A DNA stretch of 64,000 nt from the NCBI GenBank assembly GCA_029243025.1, contig JAQWSU010000018.1, positions 25,558 through 89,557 on the forward strand. The letters are read 5' to 3'. Under the pieces are notes generated by a model. That model was not told where the DNA came from and did no database searches. It was given only the letters and a program-made list of their open reading frames with translations. Below, in pieces: positions 9,839 through 18,246 of this stretch. Each line of letters begins with the position of its first letter. The first letter of the stretch is position 1. A program made the translations under genes and the position numbers. Origin of the DNA: Pirellulaceae bacterium (GTDB lineage Bacteria; Planctomycetota; Planctomycetia; Pirellulales; Pirellulaceae).

Positions 9839-12298
9839 ATGAAACCGAGGCGTACTCCAGGTCACCAACGACGGCGGTTCACAGCAGTGGAGTGCCTTGA
9901 AACGCGAGCGATGTTAACGCTTGCAATCACCGAAATCAATTTCAACCCCTACGATTCGATACCAGAACTAGGTGAATCGGCAGAGGTGATGAGCAATGAA
10001 TATGAATTCATTGAATTCGCCAACCAGGGCGAATCAGCAATTGATCTTTCGGGTTATGAGTTACGAAAAACGATTGATGATCAAGGTGTGAATTTTTCCT
10101 TCGGCGCCACCAGTCTGGCTCCGATGGAACGGATCGTTGTCGTTGAAAACACGGCGGTATTTCCATCGCGCTACGGTAACAACGTGAATGTCGCGGGTGA
10201 GTGGTCCGGCGGATTAAGTAACGATCGCGAAGTGATTAGCTTATATCACAATGGCGTCCTCTTAGAGCAAGTCGAGTACAAATCAACGAGCAAATGGTCG
10301 ACTCGCGCAGACGGACTGGGCGCCAGCTTAGAGCGAAAAGATTTCACCGCAGAAGACTTGAGCGACCCTGATGTGTGGCGGAGCAGCATCGAGTACGGTG
10401 GCTCACCAGGACAAGCTCCAAGAATCAACCGCGATTCACCGATTATCATCAACGAAATACTGGCCCACACCGACATCGAAAACAACGGTCATATGGATGC
10501 GATCGAATTGCATAATGTGAGCGACGAACCTGTGGATGTTAGCGGCTGGTTTTTGACTGACAACGTGGTGAGCAAAACGTTGGTTTTCTCGATTGCTCCC
10601 AACACCATCATCCCGGCTCAGGGATATCTGGTACTCACCGAAACGGACTTCAATCCCAACATGAATGGATTTGCTTTGAGCGAAGCAGGTGAACCGACCG
10701 AACCTGGCCTCGACGAAGGAGGCCTTTGGTTACTCGAAGGTGGTGACAACGGTCGTCCTGTCGCTTTCGCAGACCGGGTCACATTTACCCCAACCTTTAA
10801 CGGTGCAAGTGTGGGTAACGTGCTGAACATCGACCAAAGCAGTAAATTACAGCAACTAGAATCTTTGACTTTCGGTCGAGCGAACGGTGGTCACCGAGTT
10901 GGCGAAGTAATCATCAACGAAGTTCAATATCGCCCAGCAGACGATGACGTTTTCAAGGAATTCATTGAATTGCAAAGTGGCACTTTTTCGGTAGATTTAT
11001 CCGGCTGGCAAATAGCCGATGCCGTCGATGTGGTCTTTCCAGCGGAAACCATCCTGCCGGCGAATTCAACGCTTGTACTCGTCGCATTTGATCCAGCTTC
11101 ATCTCCCGAACTGGCGAATGAATTTCGATCGTACTATGGAATCGACACTGACGTCGAATTGATGGCCTGGGGCGCCGACCAGGAAGGCATCCCTGATCGC
11201 CTGGATAACAGCGGCGAAACAATAACGCTGACAATGCCGGAAGCTGATCTAGAATTCGGGACTCTCTTCATTACGATTGACCAAGTGAACTTCGGTGACT
11301 CCGAACCTTGGCCGGAAGTGGCCGATGGTGATGGCGGTTCAATTCAACGACGCGATCCGATCTTATTCGGAAATTTCGCGGATTCATGGGAAGGTATTAC
11401 GCCAACTCCTGGCAATCAAAATTTCGACTTGTCGAATAATGAGGAAATCTTTTTAGATACACCCATCGCGTCCAATATTGGCACGGATGGTAATTTCATT
11501 CGCGGTGAGGCCGATGTTGACCTATACCGGTTCAATCCTATTGAGACCGACGACTATTCTTTTGAGATTTCGTCAGACACCCTAACGGGTGCCCGCACTC
11601 TATTACGTGTTTTTTCGACAGATGGCACAGAACTGGCAATGCAAAAAAGTGACCAGTCAAAATCAATCGAATTAACAGTACCGTTGGAAGCTGGTGAAGA
11701 ATATCTCGTTGGTGTGAATGGCGACAGTGAAAAAGCAGCCAATTATGATCCACTGATGGGCAAGGGCATTGCGATCGGAGATCTGCCAGGTACCTATAAT
11801 CTGTCCGTATCAGCGAGCGAAGTACCGTTGCCACCCTGGCAGAACCCCCAGCTGCCGGAAGATGTCGACGGCAAGTCAGGCGTCTCGCCAATCGACGCCC
11901 TGATCGTAATCAACTGGCTAAACAAAAACCCCAGCGGGGTGCTCCCCTCCCCTGGGGAATCCGGGCCGCCCCCCTATCTGGACGTGAATGGCGACGGATC
12001 GGTTTCGCCAATTGATCCGCTGTTTGTCATCAATTACTTGAATAACCAAGCCAAGCAAACGGCAATCGCAGCTCGTCCCATTGATCTTTTGGTCTCACCA
12101 CAAATCAACACAAGCACATCCTTCGATTTAGATTTCAGGACCGAGTATTCTGAGAACTACCACGAACTTGTTACCAAGCCGCTGCCTGCCGCTGTCGACC
12201 TACTATTCACGGACGACGACGATCCTAGAAAGCGAAAATCAAACCCCAACTTAGCCTCTCTCCAGCCGCTCGATCTCGCCACCAATAATTCAATTTGA
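9839..12298 (+). CDS. Secreted protein with three lamin-tail domains, a pre-peptidase C-terminal (PPC)-like domain and two dockerin-type repeats
   Basis: LTD signatures: ITEINFNP...EFIEFANQGESAIDLSGYEL; IINEILAHTD...DAIELHNVSDEPVDVSGWFLTD; IINEVQYRP...EFIELQSGTFSVDLSGWQIAD. PPC-like: GEADVDLYRFNPIETDDYSFEISS...EAGEEYLVGVNG. Dockerin-like: EDVDGKSGVSPIDALIVINWLN and LDVNGDGSVSPIDPLFVINYLN. Confidence 0.88.
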   Translation: MKPRRTPGHQRRRFTAVECLETRAMLTLAITEINFNPYDSIPELGESAEVMSNEYEFIEFANQGESAIDLSGYELRKTIDDQGVNFSFGATSLAPMERIVVVENTAVFPSRYGNNVNVAGEWSGGLSNDREVISLYHNGVLLEQVEYKSTSKWSTRADGLGASLERKDFTAEDLSDPDVWRSSIEYGGSPGQAPRINRDSPIIINEILAHTDIENNGHMDAIELHNVSDEPVDVSGWFLTDNVVSKTLVFSIAPNTIIPAQGYLVLTETDFNPNMNGFALSEAGEPTEPGLDEGGLWLLEGGDNGRPVAFADRVTFTPTFNGASVGNVLNIDQSSKLQQLESLTFGRANGGHRVGEVIINEVQYRPADDDVFKEFIELQSGTFSVDLSGWQIADAVDVVFPAETILPANSTLVLVAFDPASSPELANEFRSYYGIDTDVELMAWGADQEGIPDRLDNSGETITLTMPEADLEFGTLFITIDQVNFGDSEPWPEVADGDGGSIQRRDPILFGNFADSWEGITPTPGNQNFDLSNNEEIFLDTPIASNIGTDGNFIRGEADVDLYRFNPIETDDYSFEISSDTLTGARTLLRVFSTDGTELAMQKSDQSKSIELTVPLEAGEEYLVGVNGDSEKAANYDPLMGKGIAIGDLPGTYNLSVSASEVPLPPWQNPQLPEDVDGKSGVSPIDALIVINWLNKNPSGVLPSPGESGPPPYLDVNGDGSVSPIDPLFVINYLNNQAKQTAIAARPIDLLVSPQINTSTSFDLDFRTEYSENYHELVTKPLPAAVDLLFTDDDDPRKRKSNPNLASLQPLDLATNNSI

Positions 12299-12493
12299 CC
12301 CGACCGAGACGAGCGACGAAACATTAATCCGAGATGGGCGACGGAGCGGGCGCAGGATTCGTTCGAAATCACCCAGGCCTCGTGTTCCACCTGGACTCAC
12401 GTTTTTCGGTAAAACAGACTGGACTTGTGATTGCACCTAGAGGAAGTTACACGTTCGCCGCTTGGATTGTCGATTCCCCCCCGACCGCTCAAT

Positions 12494-13258
12494 ATGTATT
12501 ACCTCATTACCAGCCTACTTGAGCCGCTTCCGTTGCTACTCATCTTGTTGGGTGTGGGGCTCTTGAGCATCCGGATCCGATCAGGGTCCAACTCGAATCC
12601 ATTGCGGTTTGCCTGGCTGATCTATTCGGTGTTAGTCGTTGTTTCGTTACCAGCCTTTTCTTATCTTGCGTTGGGAACGCTCGAATGGCAGTATTCGCCG
12701 AACATTCGGCTCCCTGAAGACCCCCAGGCCATCGTTGTGCTGTCGGGCTATACGAAAGAAGTCCAGCACGATCTGGAGGTCGTTTTAGGCGATGACACGC
12801 TCTATCGATGCCTCACAGCCAGCAACGTCTATCAAGCGCGGCCATGTCCGATCATTCTCTGTGGTGGCAAAGTCCATCAAGACGATGCAACTCCGGCGCT
12901 TGCCGAGGCCATGCAAGCGTTTCTCATTTCTCAGGCTATCCCTGAAGATCAGATCATCGTCGAATCGACCTCACATAGCACCTACGAAAATGCTGTCGAA
13001 GCGGCAAAGCTAATACGTGAACGGGGCTTTAAATCACCCATTCTACTTGTGACCGACGTTACTCATCTAGCAAGAAGTGAACGCTGCTTCAACAAACAGG
13101 GGATTGATGTCGTCCCGATCGGATGCCGCTTTAAAACACCAAGATTCGAGTGGCGTTACTATCAATTCATCCCGAATCCTGGCGCGATTGAATCCGTTCA
13201 CATCGTGGCACATGAATGGCTAGGCTTAGGATGGTATTGGTTGCGAGATCGCATTTAA
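12494..13258 (+). CDS. DUF218 (YdcF/ElyC/SanA-like) membrane-anchored protein
   Basis: N-terminal TM segments MYYLITSLLEPLPLLLILLGVGLL. C-terminal ...STSHSTYENAVEAAKLIRERGFKSPILLVTDVTHLARSERCF is typical of DUF218. The start is uncertain: the track uses TTG at 12431, and I prefer the ATG at 12494. Confidence 0.75.
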   Translation: MYYLITSLLEPLPLLLILLGVGLLSIRIRSGSNSNPLRFAWLIYSVLVVVSLPAFSYLALGTLEWQYSPNIRLPEDPQAIVVLSGYTKEVQHDLEVVLGDDTLYRCLTASNVYQARPCPIILCGGKVHQDDATPALAEAMQAFLISQAIPEDQIIVESTSHSTYENAVEAAKLIRERGFKSPILLVTDVTHLARSERCFNKQGIDVVPIGCRFKTPRFEWRYYQFIPNPGAIESVHIVAHEWLGLGWYWLRDRI

Positions 13259-13325
13259 GCCAACGACCAGATTTCTTCCCCAGGCTCTTGACGCGTGGCT
13301 CTTGACACGCTGCGGTCGGACCTGG

Positions 13326-13826
13326 TCACTCCTTACTCCGACGCCGCTTCAGCGCGTCGACAATTGCGTTGATTAGCGGCACCAAGCTGGCGAGCCCCGA
13401 AAAACCACTTTGCACACCAGAAGAGAGCGCAGCAACACGGCTTTGTAGATCCTGAAATTCCGCACCAACTTGAGCGACCTTGTCTTTCATCTTATTCGCA
13501 TCGGCCGTGAAATCATTGATCACTAACTCCCGAATCTCCCTCGCCATTTCTTCCTCGCGACCTGGTCGCAGTCGCATTGCGACGACGACCAGTACAACAG
13601 CGAGTAAGGCGTTTACGCCAGCGATGATAAAGGCTGAATTCGCATTACTGACGTACTCAGCAAGCAACTCATAGGCACCCACATTGAGCATGACAATCGT
13701 CAATAAAACCAATCCCACGGCCACTGCAAACAGCTTGGCCTGAGTGGCAATGCGTTGAGCATGAATCCGTGCCAACGTCGATTCGGCACGGGCAAGCATT
13801 TTGAGTCTCGTGATCGTTTCGTCCAT
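13326..13826 (-). CDS. Two-TM membrane protein, tentatively YqjE-like (phage-holin-family/DUF1469-like)
   Basis: 166 aa with an amphipathic N-terminus, two hydrophobic helices (LFAVAVGLVLLTIVMLNVGAY; AFIIAGVNALLAVVLVVVAM) and a charged C-terminus. It sits immediately downstream of a DUF883-like tail-anchored gene, as in E. coli yqjD-yqjE. The family assignment is tentative. Confidence 0.45.
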   Translation of the reverse strand: MDETITRLKMLARAESTLARIHAQRIATQAKLFAVAVGLVLLTIVMLNVGAYELLAEYVSNANSAFIIAGVNALLAVVLVVVAMRLRPGREEEMAREIRELVINDFTADANKMKDKVAQVGAEFQDLQSRVAALSSGVQSGFSGLASLVPLINAIVDALKRRRSKE

Positions 13827-13836
13827 TATCTATTCC

Positions 13837-14130
13837 TCAACGCAAGTAGCGACCGAAGATGATACCTATCGTAAACACCGTGATGCACGTGATCGTTGGT
13901 AAGTCACGCATCTCATGCTCGACCAACTGCATCAACTCTTCGAACTGATGCTTAATGACCGAATCATTTCCCGACGTAGGAGTCGTTGAGTCGGGAGCTG
14001 GATCCACGGCGTCAACCGTTGGCTCGTCCGCATCGGTTCCTCGCGATTCTGCTGCATCGCATCGGGCGGTGAGTTCAGCAACCTCCGCACGCAGACGTTC
14101 CAGCTCTTGTTCCATGCTGACTTTGCCCAT
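13837..14130 (-). CDS. Tail-anchored coiled-coil protein, DUF883 (ElaB/YqjD)-like
   Basis: MGKVSMEQELERLRAEVAELTARCDAAE... ends in a single C-terminal TM segment, LPTITCITVFTIGIIFGRYLR. GGGAGAG lies upstream of the ATG at 14130. The track ORF extends to 14313. Confidence 0.5.
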   Translation of the reverse strand: MGKVSMEQELERLRAEVAELTARCDAAESRGTDADEPTVDAVDPAPDSTTPTSGNDSVIKHQFEELMQLVEHEMRDLPTITCITVFTIGIIFGRYLR

Positions 14131-14332
14131 TTGATTACTCTCCCTAAAACCGGACGTGGGCGATCTCACCCTCGAAACTGCCAGAATCGTACACGACGAT
14201 GAATCGGTTCGGCTGTACAAAGCATCAACTTCACCAAGACGATTTTCAATTCCGTTTGACAAAGCCGTTACGAATTCATCGCCCGTCTCGGAGACGCCGG
14301 CATCCCAAGGCATACTCCCTACAGAGAGAATA

Positions 14333-14379
14333 GCCTAAAAGAAAAGCTCTTCCTTGCCGTCTGGCTAAGGAAGAGCTTT
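14333..14379 (-). terminator. Rho-independent terminator downstream of the CC-repeat gene
   Basis: Perfect 13-bp inverted repeat, aaagctcttcctt (14343-14355) and aaggaagagcttt (14367-14379), with an 11-nt loop. On the minus strand it is followed by a T-rich run (cttttctttt). Confidence 0.75.
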
Positions 14380-14410
14380 AAATCAAGTTACAAAAGTCGG
14401 CTTATGAAGC

Positions 14411-14710
14411 TTAGTGCTCTGAGCCTGCTTCCGTATCGCAGCAGGACCATGGCTGACAACATTCGCCAGCGTCACAGCAGTCGAGCCCAGCGTCACAACA
14501 CTCGAGCCCAGCGTCACAGCAGTCGAGCCCCGCGTCACAACAGTCCGAGCCTAGTGCTTCTGAACCGCAGCAAGCTCCTCCCACATCACAACAGGCAAGA
14601 TTCCGCTCGCAGCAGTTATCACCGCTCGTATCAATTGCAGGGGAAGTGCCGATTGCCGCCACCGCAAGTCCGGCCCCGAACAGCAAAACCAAAGTCATCT
14701 TTGTCAACAT
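14411..14710 (-). CDS. Small secreted cysteine-rich protein built of CC-dipeptide repeats (CC-x5-CC periodicity)
   Basis: GGAGA RBS 6 nt upstream of the ATG at 14710. Signal peptide MLTKMTLVLLFGAGLAVAAIGTSPA. Mature part: ...DNCCERNLACCDVGGACCGSEALGSDCCDAGLDCCDAGLECCDAGLDCCDAGECCQPWSCCDTEAGSEH, with ten CC pairs. A terminator follows the gene. Confidence 0.7.
   Translation of the reverse strand: MLTKMTLVLLFGAGLAVAAIGTSPAIDTSGDNCCERNLACCDVGGACCGSEALGSDCCDAGLDCCDAGLECCDAGLDCCDAGECCQPWSCCDTEAGSEH
14469..14552. repeat. Four tandem 21-bp units encoding the CCDAGL(D/E) heptad
   Basis: gcgtcacagcagtcgagccca / gcgtcacaacactcgagccca / gcgtcacagcagtcgagcccc / gcgtcacaacagtccgagcct, head to tail at 14469, 14490, 14511 and 14532. 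Confidence 0.9.
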
Positions 14711-14811
14711 AATCTGTCTCCAGTTCGTTATCTCAGCCACTCAGCGCAAGCCTTCCACGCGAGTGCCAAATGATAAATTGAAACGCAAAAGAAGTAGACC
14801 GTGTGAAGAAT

Positions 14812-15171
14812 CTAAAGTCGCCACACGCACTGGAGAATGCGAACTGCTGGTCCGGCGTCGACTAATTGGTCGGCAGCCACTGAATTCCAACTGTGTTCTA
14901 CGGGAAGAACAAGAGGCTCAATGACCGACCAGCCCGATGGCTCGTCAACTGTCAACTCGCCAGCATGAGGTCGGAAAGGGACGTCGTCTTTACAACAACA
15001 ATCGAAGGGAATAGCGGGTGCCGATTCGGGTTGCAAAGCCTTGCTTTGGCAACACCCTTTTTCGCCGGAATCACTCACCATTCGCGCGGGGAGCTCACAA
15101 CAGCCGAAAGCTCGAAATGCAATGGCGACGGCGACCGTTAAACCGAATATCTGTGCTCGCGGATTAGACAT
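14812..15171 (-). CDS. Secreted cysteine-rich hypothetical protein (CC/CCC motifs)
   Basis: MSNPRAQIFGLTVAVAIAFRAFGCCELPARMVSDSGEKGCCQSKALQPESAPAIPFDCCCKDD... has a signal-like N-terminus. An alternative GTG start at 15240 lies 15 nt after the upstream stop. Confidence 0.5.
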   Translation of the reverse strand: MSNPRAQIFGLTVAVAIAFRAFGCCELPARMVSDSGEKGCCQSKALQPESAPAIPFDCCCKDDVPFRPHAGELTVDEPSGWSVIEPLVLPVEHSWNSVAADQLVDAGPAVRILQCVWRL

Positions 15172-15255
15172 GCAGCCATTATACGCAATGTCCACGTCGG
15201 GGGCAGCATTCCGAAACTTATGCTGCGACTCTTGCTTCACTCGCTGGGCCCTATC

Positions 15256-17700
15256 TCAGCGAGACAACAACGAAATCAGGTCTCGCAATTCCTGGACAGA
15301 ATATTGTTGGTGGATGCCAGCAGGCATAATCGACTGAGTGTCCAGCTTTCGATGCGCGATCATCTCGCGAGAAACGCTAATTTGCCGCCCATCAGTGGTC
15401 AAGAACTTCTCCTCCTCTTTTGAGACCCCCAATGAAAGGGCTGTAAACACTCGCCCGTCAACCGTCTCAATTAGCCAGGGCACGTATCGCGGACCAATTT
15501 CCTGACTTGGGTGCAGGATCGATTGAACCAAGCGTGAACGGTCGACCCGTTTTCCGATCGAAGTCAGGTCCGGGCCGAGATCCGCACCGCGACCGTCATA
15601 ACGATGGCAGTTTGCACACCTGGTCGAAGAGTGACCAAAGAAAACTCGCCAGCCTCTTTCGGCATCTCCTGGCAGCTTCGGATCTAGCAATTGTGATTCA
15701 ACGGCTGCGACCGACAACTTTGCATTCTCTGGCGCTTGTGAGCTATGAGAGAGCACTCGCGAGGCTTCTTGCCTCAACGCCTTGACGGGCGACTTCGCAA
15801 GCCGCTCAAGGCCTCTTTTCGCCGCGAGCTCCTCTGGGTTGATGCCGGTTAATACGATCGCCTGGAAGGGTGCCGAAAGACGACGATCACCGATCACCGC
15901 CCAACGTGCGGGATCGACAGCTGATTTTTGGCTAATGGCGAGTGTGCGGGCCGCCTCCATCCGAACTTTTTGATCTAGCTGATCGTTTTGTATCAGCCGT
16001 TGCAACAACTCACCGGTTAAGGACTCATGTTCTGGCGGTAATGTTTTGAGCGCCATCGCTTGTAGGTTAGGTCGAGATTCCTCTCGTAAACTTTCCAACA
16101 AAGTCTGTTCCCCGACGATCACTCCGCTGACAACGGCGCCTTGATCCAGCCAGTCGCGCGCGGCAAGAACTCCACGCAGCAGTTGCACGGGCACGTCACC
16201 CTCTTCCAGGAGTAAGTCGAGTGATGGGCGAAACTGCTTGAGTTGTTCGCCGGCGATCCAACGAACCGCATACAATTGAACGGCTGAGGAGTCATCTTTA
16301 AGTGCCTTTGCAAGTATCGCACCTCGTTGTCGATCCGACAAATCACTGCGTCTCGCTGCCTCCAGGATGGCCAGTCGCTGCCGCGGGTCACTGAGTCCAT
16401 CCAGACTTTCGGGCGTCAAATGCGACGAGTTCTTCAAGCTCATCATGGCAGCATGGTGGAGATAAGGATCTGCCGACGATAGCGCCTCCCAGTCGATCGT
16501 GTCGCTACCCGCCACCCGCGCAGCCTGATCTTCATCGGCACTCAACTTGGTGACGGCTCCAAGCGGGAGAGGCGATTTCCACGTCAGCCGCCAAATTCGT
16601 CCCTGTTGATGGACGTTGTAACTCTTGTCGACCCAGTCGGTAAAATAAAGCGCCCCATCGGGGGCAATCGCCAGATCAACCGGACGAAACATCTGATTTC
16701 CCTGAACCACCACCTCACGATCGGCTGTCACCGACGCACCTTTTGGTTTCAGTCGAAACCGTTCGATCCGATACTCGCCCCAACTCGTGCTGTAAAGCTG
16801 GCCATGCCATAACAAAATACCGGACGGCGCTTCACTCGTTGCGGCCGCCATGGGTAATGTACCCGGCAACTCTCCATCCCAGGCCTGCAGGGGATGTTTT
16901 CCGGATCGCCCGTAACGAAATTGGTATCCGTAATCGCCACCGGGCACGACATGCAATAATCGACAAGGAGGACTCGCATCGGGATCATTGCCAACAGTAA
17001 ATAGTCGCCCCACTGAATCAGTACAGATACTGAACGGATTCCAAAATCCTGTCGCAATCAATTCGATCCCGTGACCATCCAGCCGACAACGGTAGATATT
17101 TCCACCTTCTCCACCGCCGCGCAGAGTTTTCCCATCGGCTCCCACTAACGTGTAACTCTCACCAAGATTCTCACCCAAGCCAAAGTAAAGATTGCCGAGC
17201 TTATCAAAGCAAAGCCCGCAAAGGCCGTTATGTGGATAATCACCCTCGGTATTCAAGGTAGCGATCACTTCTCGACGATCTGCTTTTCCGTCCCCATCTT
17301 GATCCTGAGTTCGAAACACTTGCATGCGAGTGGCGATGTAAATCCACGAATCGGGACCACGCCGCAAACTCATTGTCTTTTGCGTGCCATCCAAAAACGT
17401 ACGAAATCGGTCCGCACGTCCATCGCCGTCCAGATCCTCAACAATCTTGATCCGATCCGATTTCGGCCCAGGATAATCATCGCCGGGGAAATGCGTGTGC
17501 GATTCGATCACCAAGAGTCGCCCCAATTGATCAAAGGTTAGACCAACGGGCGTCACAATATCTGGAGCTTCCGCAAAGAGTTCCAGAGTCAGACGATTGT
17601 CAAGAACCGAGGGTAGAGATGGTGCCTCTTGCCCGACGGTCGGAACGCCGACAGAAACCACCAACGAGCAACAGATCAGAGACGCGAACCGTCCCATCAC
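15256..17700 (-). CDS. PVC-type heme-binding CxxCH protein: membrane-bound dehydrogenase-like beta-propeller, HEAT-like repeats and a C-terminal cytochrome c domain
   Basis: 814 aa. Signal peptide MMGRFASLICCSLVVSVGVPTVGQ. N-terminal propeller (FAEAPDIVTPVGLTFDQLGRLLVIESHTH...DGDGRAD...DGDGKAD). Helical repeat middle. C-terminal GHSSTRCANCHRYDGRGADLGPDLTSIG heme c site, typical of the Pirellula/Verrucomicrobium heme-binding domain family. Confidence 0.9.
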   Translation of the reverse strand: MMGRFASLICCSLVVSVGVPTVGQEAPSLPSVLDNRLTLELFAEAPDIVTPVGLTFDQLGRLLVIESHTHFPGDDYPGPKSDRIKIVEDLDGDGRADRFRTFLDGTQKTMSLRRGPDSWIYIATRMQVFRTQDQDGDGKADRREVIATLNTEGDYPHNGLCGLCFDKLGNLYFGLGENLGESYTLVGADGKTLRGGGEGGNIYRCRLDGHGIELIATGFWNPFSICTDSVGRLFTVGNDPDASPPCRLLHVVPGGDYGYQFRYGRSGKHPLQAWDGELPGTLPMAAATSEAPSGILLWHGQLYSTSWGEYRIERFRLKPKGASVTADREVVVQGNQMFRPVDLAIAPDGALYFTDWVDKSYNVHQQGRIWRLTWKSPLPLGAVTKLSADEDQAARVAGSDTIDWEALSSADPYLHHAAMMSLKNSSHLTPESLDGLSDPRQRLAILEAARRSDLSDRQRGAILAKALKDDSSAVQLYAVRWIAGEQLKQFRPSLDLLLEEGDVPVQLLRGVLAARDWLDQGAVVSGVIVGEQTLLESLREESRPNLQAMALKTLPPEHESLTGELLQRLIQNDQLDQKVRMEAARTLAISQKSAVDPARWAVIGDRRLSAPFQAIVLTGINPEELAAKRGLERLAKSPVKALRQEASRVLSHSSQAPENAKLSVAAVESQLLDPKLPGDAERGWRVFFGHSSTRCANCHRYDGRGADLGPDLTSIGKRVDRSRLVQSILHPSQEIGPRYVPWLIETVDGRVFTALSLGVSKEEEKFLTTDGRQISVSREMIAHRKLDTQSIMPAGIHQQYSVQELRDLISLLSR

Positions 17701-17805
17701 AGATTTCCTTTAAAATGGGAAACTCGGCGTCCAATCGGATGCGCCCAAGCGGGCGCAGGTGTGAACGCTGCACCTTTTTTAATCGATTCCGCTCACAAAA
17801 GAAAC

Positions 17806-18177
17806 TCAAAACGGTGTGGTAAAGGGAACTCGATAGGGATTTGAAAACTGATGATACTGATACGGGTTTTGGTAGGTATACGGATTCGCGTAAGACTCGT
17901 TGTAATGGTATCCCCCGTAAGGTGAATAGGTAAACGGTGACGGTGCGGCATGGTAGTAACCAACCGAGGGATGATAACTCATCGAACCAAAACCGGGCCT
18001 CAGATTGTTGCTGCCTGGCAAGGCGCTCGGCTGCATTCCCATGGCACCCATCGGTGCAACAGAAAAACTACCCGCATGGTAGGCACCCAAGCCACCACGT
18101 GCTTGAACTTCACTTGCAGTCGCCCAGGTCAAAGTCAAAATACTGATGCAAATAATCGCTGCAAATCGTCGCCACAT
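17806..18177 (-). CDS. Small secreted low-complexity protein rich in Tyr/Pro/Gly
   Basis: GGAGA RBS 7 nt upstream of the ATG. Signal peptide MWRRFAAIICISILTLTWATASEVQA. The rest reads ...SYHPSVGYYHAAPSPFTYSPYGGYHYNESYANPYTYQNPYQYHQFSNPYRVPF. Confidence 0.6.
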   Translation of the reverse strand: MWRRFAAIICISILTLTWATASEVQARGGLGAYHAGSFSVAPMGAMGMQPSALPGSNNLRPGFGSMSYHPSVGYYHAAPSPFTYSPYGGYHYNESYANPYTYQNPYQYHQFSNPYRVPFTTPF

Positions 18178-18246
18178 TATATTTTCTCCGAAGTTGGAAA
18201 CCCGTCTTGTTGATTATAATTCACTGATGCATGTGAGCAATTCAAG

